Origin: Lingula anatina
Lineage: Eukaryota > Animalia > Brachiopoda
Assembly (NCBI GenBank): GCA_051362555.1
Contig: CM120640.1
Location: forward strand, 31,577,967-31,641,966
Direction: 5' to 3'
Length of the DNA: 64,000 bases
Made by a program: the position numbers and the translations under genes. Below, piece by piece: positions 55,502 to 64,000 of this stretch. Positions within the stretch are counted from its first letter, which is position 1; every line of letters starts with the position of its first letter. The notes beneath the pieces were generated by a model, which saw only the letters and a list, made by a program, of their open reading frames with translations, ran no database searches and had not been told where the DNA came from.

Positions 55502-56780
55502 ATGTCTTGTCATCGGTTCTTGGGACGCTGTCTGGGGTTTTTAGTGCTTCTTTCTCACACCACAGGACTCGGGAAAGCACAGAGTGACAATTCAACGGTA
55601 AGGACAAGGGTTGGGAAACAATAAGAGCCTCGCGGTCTAGTGTTGATATTCTGTACACAATCTGCATATAAGACTCTGGGTTTTAGGTCAAATTTGTTTT
55701 AGAATAATAATGAAACCGGTCACACTATATACTCGTGTAACGAAGAATGTACATGTATTTGCTTATTCAAGCATACTTTTTCGTTTGAAAACCATTTAGG
55801 CCTGTAATAATACCGTCTCCACTGACTCATTTCTTAAAACAGCTGACATGTAAACAAATACGTTGTGCTGCTAGAGAATTCTGTGATAAATCTTACGGTG
55901 AGTTACCTTTTTTTTTCTTTCTTTTTTTCTTTTTTTTTTTTTTTTTTTTTTTTTGAAAAAATTGGGCTTATGCAGACCAAGACTTCATATGTTCAGGCAA
56001 TAAACAAACATCCAGATCACATCTAATTAAAGTATGTGTTTTCACTGGCTCACCCGTAAGGCAGGTTTGGGTATTGGCTAGTACTAAATCTTTGTGTACT
56101 TTTAGGCGAACGTTATCGATCGGTCTCTAATCAGTATCAGATGTGTGCAAATATTCCGGGTTCAGAAAAATCCTGTATACATGGATATTTGTCCGAAATG
56201 TTCGTGGCTCAGGATCAGACCTGATACGTTTGGTCGTTTATATCTATGAACATCAGGATAGCTGTAAAGGGTGACTTTCGGAAAGGATATGAAACGATTG
56301 TTCTGTCATTTATCTTGAAAGTTTGGCATGCGAATTATTCACAAGCAATAACTCAAAACAAATTTTTTCAAGGCTTACAACATGCGTTGCGATGTTATAT
56401 GTGGGTTACACGCGGGTTTGATTCATTTTCAAACATTGTGAGAGTAGCCAAGAAAATTCCGCTTAGGCTTTGTGCACGTTGGAATTAATTCAAATTATTA
56501 ACCTCAAAGAAAAATATATTAAAAGCAATGAAACTTGAATGTCGCAGTGTTCTTGTATCGCACCTGACCGCAGTATGTAGGTCTATAGACGCCTCAGCTT
56601 TTATTATGGTAAATGAGTGTCTCACAAAATAATGCATGTATGATCACTTGAAAAGCTTTATTGTATGTCTTACTATGCGGGGATTTTAGCCATAGTTGAC
56701 ATCTACTTTTGTAATAGTCATGACTTAATTTCCATGTCATCCTAATCATCCTAGAATGATATGTATTCGTCATTCATATG

Positions 56781-56829
<49 letters not shown>

Positions 56830-59629
56830 CGAGAAACGTTTAGCAGGAAGTGAGTGGTTTGGCTGACAGTCAAGTATACAGGGTTTATGTCCGATCACAT
56901 AGCAACTGCCTTGTTCGCTTTCATGATGCCGCTCTTCCTGGACAATCTGTAAAAGTGAAACAATATATTTAAGATCCAAAACACAAGCCTGGAACACAAA
57001 CTTTAGCTGAATTTATATAATTACAACTGGCGCTTGAAATTTAAGTTACTGGCGAATCGGTAGGGTCACGCTACCCTCTACCAGGGCCACCGATTGATTT
57101 TGCACTAAATATTCACAGATATGTCACTGGCTAATTCATGGCACATTTATCCACTGTGTTGCGTTGGAGAAAAGTGAACATAATTGATCTGCAGCCCTGG
57201 TAGAGGGACTTCGACTCCCCCCCCCCCTCCCCTCCCCCATCCCACCTCATCATAAAATTGAAATTAAGTAATTCTTTTACTATAACGAACAAAACAAGAA
57301 ACGAGCAAGAACAATTTGTATGCCTATGCCCAATAAATTACGAGAATATTCTTCTTATACCGGTAGGGCCTACCGAGCGAAGCAAAAATTTATCTGTGTG
57401 CCCCCGTTGTTAAAATGTTGAATACGCCAGTGTAAATCAAATATAAACAACAAAAAAGCTAGAGTTCAAGCAAAAATATGCCTTCATATAGATTCATTAG
57501 AAAATTCACAAATCTTATTCGCGAACGTAATGGAATTGTTACTGATATAGGCCTTTGCCTCTACTATGATCTTTAATATTCACAAAACGGGTCTTGAGTA
57601 TACCGAGTCCGGAAATTTCGAAACAAATATAGTTACGACATTTTCGGATACGGTATTTCCTATGCCCGTTTACCAATATACTAAATGATGTAAAATTGCA
57701 TCGAATGGATGTTGCACGTTGGTGACAGGTTCTTATTATCTGGGTTTTATATGGAGATCAATGTATGTAATGGACTTCAGAGGGTGCTGGACATATTTTG
57801 ATGTTATTCATTTGCGAAAATGTGCATATTTTCAACCACCTACACACATGAAATGTAGAAAATTTTAACCACAGTGACTGGACAATGTGGAGTGCGTGTG
57901 GTCAGAAAGAGGCCAATCACTTTTCCGCACAGCAAGGTACGTGCACGTTGCTTGTGTTAGGTTTAATATTAGAAGGCCTATTCCAGTACGAAATAGTTTT
58001 AGAGAGAGAGGGAGAGAGAGAGACTGAGCATTTAAGCAGTTTTTTTTAGCTATTTGAGAAACCAAATGTTAAACACAGAAACACTTTAGTGCATATATTT
58101 ATTTCTTCGCCATAAAGCTATCTCAAATGTAATAGTTGCTTTTGCGTGCGCTGACTGTTGGATTATTTTGACACCGCAAAAATGCGACAAAAAGAGAAAG
58201 AGACAGAATAAATAATGGAAAAGAAAATAACCTTTACTTATAAGATTATTTCACGTGCTCGTTGTCATTTTGAGGTGAAGAGCGTCTCATAAGCTGTATC
58301 AACTACTTGAGATCATGCGTTCTTCTCTTCAGAGCCTCGTCGTGCTATGATATTCCAATCCCCACCGATTGTCTTAGATAAGAAATGATGATGGGTCTGG
58401 CATACAATATATATACTGCAGTCCATTGTTAACCTTTACCTTATAATTGTGGTTCATCACTATCTGATTGTGCGAGTGCTCCTCCATATAGTATAGTAAA
58501 TATATATTATATGTATATTTAGTGGTCCATACATATTTGTATGTATGTATGTATGTGTTTATATAAAGCACAGTAAGTGGTGAGGCTTCGAAGGTTGAAA
58601 AGGATTTCCTTGTTAATTCTGTAGCGGATACTTGAGGTTTGTCTGTTTTTCTCAGCTAAGTTGATTATTCATAGCGGTTTAAAAATGAATATAATATTAT
58701 ATTATCGGTTTATACATACGTAAGACGCTCTTAGCCGTTTCGTGATATCATAAAGCATCTTATCAGACTGTATTGTTATGACTGCATTGTCATTGTCTCT
58801 AGTAACACTGATATGATATCTAAGGGAAACGCCTTGTGCCAAAGTACAATATGTAAAAAAAGTACGTACTTGCCACATACACTTCTTGTATGTAACTAGC
58901 CTTTTTATACCACGATTGATATGTCTTTGCCAAGAATTTTCTGTTGAAGTCAAATTATATTAAAGCTTATCGCAAGGTGCTCATTTATGCACTATATAAC
59001 GTGCATAAACTACTGAGACAGGTTACGCGTGCGGTAAAATTTTTCAGGAGATAAGCATCCGGAGAAGTCAAAATATGGCGAGTTATAATTTTGGACGAAT
59101 TAAAACGGTTTATTTTTTCCAAGGTTTTATCCTGGATTCTCTTCACTAGGTCAGTTGTTTAGACACAGTGGTAATAACAAAAGTGTATGGCATTTACCCG
59201 TGGTAACGGCCCATTAATACTATGAACTCTATTTTCGTCGGATGTTTATTGACAAAATCACATTTTCCACGGAGATTATTTCATATGATATGAAGGTATA
59301 TTTAATGACAATTACATGTTGAGGTGGGCCTAGCACAGATAACATATAAATGAATTATTTGCAAAAGCGTCGTTGGAGCTTATATTGACCTTGGACCGAT
59401 CATATATGACAATAGACCTTGTCAATACGGTTCAGCATGTAATGTTATCAACGAGTTATTGTTAAGTCATATATTTATTTGTTTTGTGAAATTTCTAAAT
59501 CTAATTCTTATGAATTACTTCTAAGAGAAGTTCTCCTGTCATTCTTCTTACAGCTCGAAATTGAAGTAAAAAGAACCCGCGAAAGAGATATGAAAAGGTT
59601 AAAGAAAAAGGCCTTCTTTTTGATTGGGT

Positions 59630-59698
<69 letters not shown>

Positions 59699-62578
59699 AA
59701 TGTGCAACGTATGCTTTTCTTTATTTAAACAGATTAGGGCAGGTTTACCAGTGCAGTCATTATCGCCATTGACTGATAACCGATTTTTCGACAATAAAAA
59801 AAGTGATAAACCAATAAATTATATCATAAATCTGACAAATATGCAATAAAACACCTGTCGACTTGCAGAGGAAAAAAGCGATGTATTCATATTAAATATT
59901 TTTAGATATTGCCTTATGAAATAAAAAAAAGATGTTAAAGAAAATGTATTCTGTTTTTCAGACATCGGCGACATCCAGCCATGCCTATTTTACTGTCGAC
60001 ACTTCAATGACGACAGACCTGAGCGGGGTTGCCACGGAAATAACTCCTACTTCTTCACCTTCACTTACAGAGGCATCGCAAGGCCCTAGCGAGACTTCTG
60101 CTGATTCCACAAGCACGCTTATGACAGATGCTACAATTTTCACGTCTTCTCCAGTGGCTACTGAGTCATCAGCTTCCAATATCCAAGCAACCAGCGATGC
60201 GTCGCGTGATGGAGTGACGATGAGTTCATCTCAATCACACACGACTGTCTCAGAGTCTTCTACGTATTCGCTGGAACCAACAGTGTTAGCTTCAGCGTCA
60301 GATTCATCATCAATAATATCACACTCCTCGACAGTACCAAATTTTCCTAACAGTTCAACACCCGACACCTACACGACAGAGTCGGATTCATCAAGTATGT
60401 CAACTGATGCAGCGTGGGCTTCAACGATAGAGGGAACAATCAGTTCTACCGCCATCCTGACGTCTAGCGATGTTGTGAGCTCATTTTCGTCGCAAGTGGG
60501 AAGTTCCACAATGGCTTCAACTAGGAACGTGGAGTCGGCTGCAACGACTTCACCAACCACATCGAGTGGCTTTTTCACCTCTACGGCAACCGACCTGTCA
60601 TCATCCGTCTCGGTACCGACGACATCGTCATCGACACTGCATTCAACTGGCGTGACGGGTACAACTGATGCAATCAGATCCACAGAAGAAACGACTGCAA
60701 CTAACAGTTCCCAGGTATTCCATTCCACCGTAACCACAACGATGAAAAACATGGTAACGTCAATACGAACCACCAACGGAGCGACAGCAACACATCCCGG
60801 AGAAAAGAATTTCTGTAAGTAATTATCGATTCTCACCTTTGAGTTTCCCAGCATGTCTCTGGCATATTGAGAGAGAGAAAGAGAGAGAGAAAAAAAAAGA
60901 GAGAAAGGGGAGAGATAGGGAGAAGGAAAGAGTCCTGGTGTTCTTCTTTTAGGGGTGAAAAAAAGTTAATCGCAGAAGTTATGTTTGAAAAAGTATTAAA
61001 AATCTCTTCTGAAAGGACTGAAATGAAAGTGAAAGGCATTTTGTCTAGTCTGTCTTTTAATGCAATGCTACTAGTGATCGTAAAATGTAAGACAAATAGA
61101 TCGAGTTTTGCCTTGGGGATTTTAAGCAAATTGATAGAACTCGCACCTGCTTCGTGATGTTACCGGTGTCTGCCACCAAAGTCCACAATATTGCTTTGAT
61201 AGAGTACACGACGAGAGCAACAAGTTCATTTTCGTGTCTGTATTAAGATATCAAGAGGAAAAGTTAGAGAAGGTAGGGGCTGTTTGATCGACATCTGCCA
61301 GTTGATATATCGTCAAGAAATTCTCATGTAAATTTGTTTGCGCACCGAACTATAAAAGATCAAGATAGACATATAAAGCGCACTGGAATATAAAAAAAGT
61401 GATCCTTTCGCGATACCAGTCGGTTTTCTATTAAACATGTACAAAAGGGCATTGAATGTGCACATGGCTAGACATATGGATTATTTTATATCTGTTGTAA
61501 CTTATTGCTGCTTTATTTAAATTCCGCTGAACTAAATTGTTTTATGAATTTCTCTGAATCAATATTGGACACTTGTGTATTAAAAGTGATATGTATATCT
61601 AAAAGCTCGTTTGGCACACTGAAGACCGAAAAGTGACCGAGCACCTTGAATGCCAAAACTCACCTACATGTATAATGTAACCATTTTCACTGGACTAATC
61701 CGTAAATCTATGGTATGGCAAAATCCGGTAAATATGATAAGCATGGGCTATACTTGCTTGTATGACCACTTGCTACAAAACTCGGCTTGCGGTGGATAAA
61801 TTATAATCCTGTTGTCAGTGCCATGTCCGAACATTGGGCCGTGTCTATCTAAATAGACATCAATAGCTGCCCACCTGTGTGTGTAACATATACACGACGG
61901 TATCGTTACATGACTACCAGATGATGGCTGTCTTTATTCTACGATGGCGGATTATGTGACAGGCAGTACATGTCTGATAATATTGCGTATAGGCTACAAA
62001 CTCAGCAAGTTATTAGAATATTAACTCGGGGATGCTATTATTCAAAAGAAGCAAGTGGAAAGGAACGGAAGCACAACTGGTATAGTCTTACAGTAGGATA
62101 GCACATTGGACTGATATAAAAATGCAACTTAAAAGATTAAGCTTGAGCCCTTGGTAAAAACTCTTACGAAGTATTATAACAATGTTTTTAGTTGCGGAAG
62201 GGGTTCCGCCACCTTTAAGAATCAAGCGAAGTGAGGTGAAAGGCAACAAATAAGTATTCAAATGGCGTGCAGTCCAAGCGTGTGATATACGACATTAAAT
62301 CTCAATTTACGTCATTGTAACCAAATCCACCTAATATCTATTGAAAGCACAATGGAAATTATTTGGAGCAGCTGGGGAAAATTCACGATATTAACGGTTT
62401 CATTTATGTCTGTTATTAACTCTAAACTTTCATTTTGACGTATTTTCACATTTGCAGTTGAGCACCTGCTTGAAGGAGTTCGGAACGGAGACGCCTCCTC
62501 TATTGGAATTCTGCTCGGGTTTGTGCTGGGAGTGATCCTCATCATCGTGCTGATAGCAGTGACAGTGTGTGTAATAAG
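55502..62578 (+). CDS. Mucin-like (Ser/Thr-rich) single-pass type I membrane protein, 3' end unresolved; exons 55502-55597, 59962-60814, 62458-62578
   Basis: Exon 1 encodes a signal peptide (MSCHRFLGRCLGFLVLLSHTTGLGKA-QSDNST|GTAAG), about 80 bp downstream of TATAAA at ~55419. Exon 2 is ~284 codons, very rich in Ser/Thr. Exon 3 encodes TM SIGILLGFVLGVILIIVLIAVTVCVIR|GTATG. Phases 0/1 are consistent. Confidence 0.75.
59632..59695. repeat. (TA)n microsatellite
   Basis: About 32 perfect AT units. Confidence 0.95.
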
Positions 62579-63420
62579 GTATGTATATACTTAAATGGTC
62601 CGCTTACTTTTTGGCAGATGACAGTTGTCTTAACCAGGTGTATTAAGATATGTCTACATCAGCAGATTACATTATGATAACGGGTTTAACTATCAAAGCT
62701 TGTTGCCGTTTCCTGATAAACGGGCATGGTCTAAGAGATTGTGTCAAAACGGAAAGAATAATGGACCGACGTCTTGTTTGAAACATAAGACCGTGACAAA
62801 TTGGGAGTTAATTAAATTTCGCTAGTGAAATTTTAGTTTTCGAGCATCAGCGTTGAGTTAAAAGATTTTTGTCTCCGTTTGCTATGTATATCACATCCAC
62901 AGATAAAAAGTCAGTCTTTGGTGACAAAAATATTGCCTGTCCAGTATGTCCTTGTATACACAGGGTGAAAAGTGCATTGGTAATCGTATTTACGTCTTCA
63001 TATGAATTGAATGTTTTCATGTCACGCGCTTGATCTTAAAACGCCTTAGCCTGCGTGGATGTTATTATTTACGTACCAGGTAAAAGCACTAGCAAAAAGT
63101 TAATAAACAAACGTGCATATTTACAGTGTGCGTGAGAATGAAGGGGTGAGGTAGGGTTTAGCATGATCGCTGTCGAAGATTACAATGTAACAGTATACAG
63201 TACTCGTGCTAACATGTTCCCCATATACAAGTAGAGTTATTCATATATCGTGGTGTCACAGCATATGAAAAAACAACCCTTCAGGCTTATAAGACACTCC
63301 AAGTGCCGTCTTAAAGTGCGGTTATACATTTTGTCAGATGTATACTGTGTGTAAACAATTTAGATAGATTCCTTGATAATAGTAATAAATGAAAGGAAAT
63401 GTTCTTGAAATTTTTATTGT

Positions 63421-63424
63421 TATT

Positions 63425-63463
<39 letters not shown>

Positions 63464-63465
63464 TT
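63421..63465. repeat. (TTTA)n microsatellite
   Basis: Run of TTTA units. Confidence 0.9.
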
Positions 63466-64000
63466 TTTCATTGTTTTTTTTCCATAAAGAAAGAATAAGG
63501 CATGAGTCACTGTGCACAAAATATTGTCATACAATGCAACGTCAACTCACCACCCTATGACTCACTGTTTTCAAAAACACGAAAACGATAACGGAACTGT
63601 TTGCATATTTTCTCGCAAAGAAATTGATATGAGGTGGGGAAAGGTCACTACTATAGTTTTCTTGGGTTAAATTTTGTCATCAAAATCCCCCGTTAATCAG
63701 TGCTTTTTTTTATGGAACCAGTGGTGGGTTGCGGACACATTAAATTATCGCCCTTTTTTAAGCAATATATACTAGTTTGATGGGTCCTAGTTTAAGTTTT
63801 AATCTGGACCGTCTTGTGGTCCTCTCTACTAAGTAATTGTTGCTCAAACATGAAATTAGAATCCAGGTAAATAATTTGACCAACCTGACTCAGTGAGTCG
63901 CATTAAAATATGCAGCACTGAATGAAATTATGCCGCGAGCGAAAATAGAATGTTGATGACATTTTTTGGGTTTAACCCCAGGATCAAGTGTCGCGCCGTG

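Noticed and set aside
57046-57432. Possible MITE with an internal 14-bp inverted repeat (CCCTCTACCAGGGC)
   Set aside because: Termini only weakly complementary and no TSD, so boundaries cannot be supported.
60369-60854. 161-aa antisense ORF (and the antisense ORFs within CSPG4 and the GPCR)
   Set aside because: Shadow ORFs of biased sense-strand coding sequence, with no independent gene signals.

Overview
AT-rich eukaryotic (bilaterian invertebrate, probably lophotrochozoan; inferred) genomic DNA with spliced genes. Seven protein-coding genes can be reconstructed from ORFs plus GT-AG junctions: an orphan class C (mGluR-like) GPCR (-), PIGG (-), KRI1 (+), an MPV17/PXMP2-family gene with a tandemly duplicated, probably mutually exclusive exon 2 (-), a 3-exon CSPG4/NG2/kon-tiki (+), RPS17 (-) and a mucin-like single-pass membrane protein (+, 3' end unresolved). 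The introns carry several non-autonomous DNA transposons, including a nested set of CAG...CTG elements with 6-bp TSDs. They also carry candidate H/ACA snoRNAs and a strongly structured element right after an RPS17 5' splice site. Most notable: the MPV17-like exon 2A/2B switch with an AG|GT ratchet-like site between the exons; the class C GPCR whose cysteine-rich domain is replaced by a Ser/Thr stalk and whose glutamate pocket is remodelled; the duplicated KRI1-intronic H/ACA-like RNAs; and the putative RPS17 autoregulatory RNA structure. All family calls come from recalled motif knowledge, not database searches.
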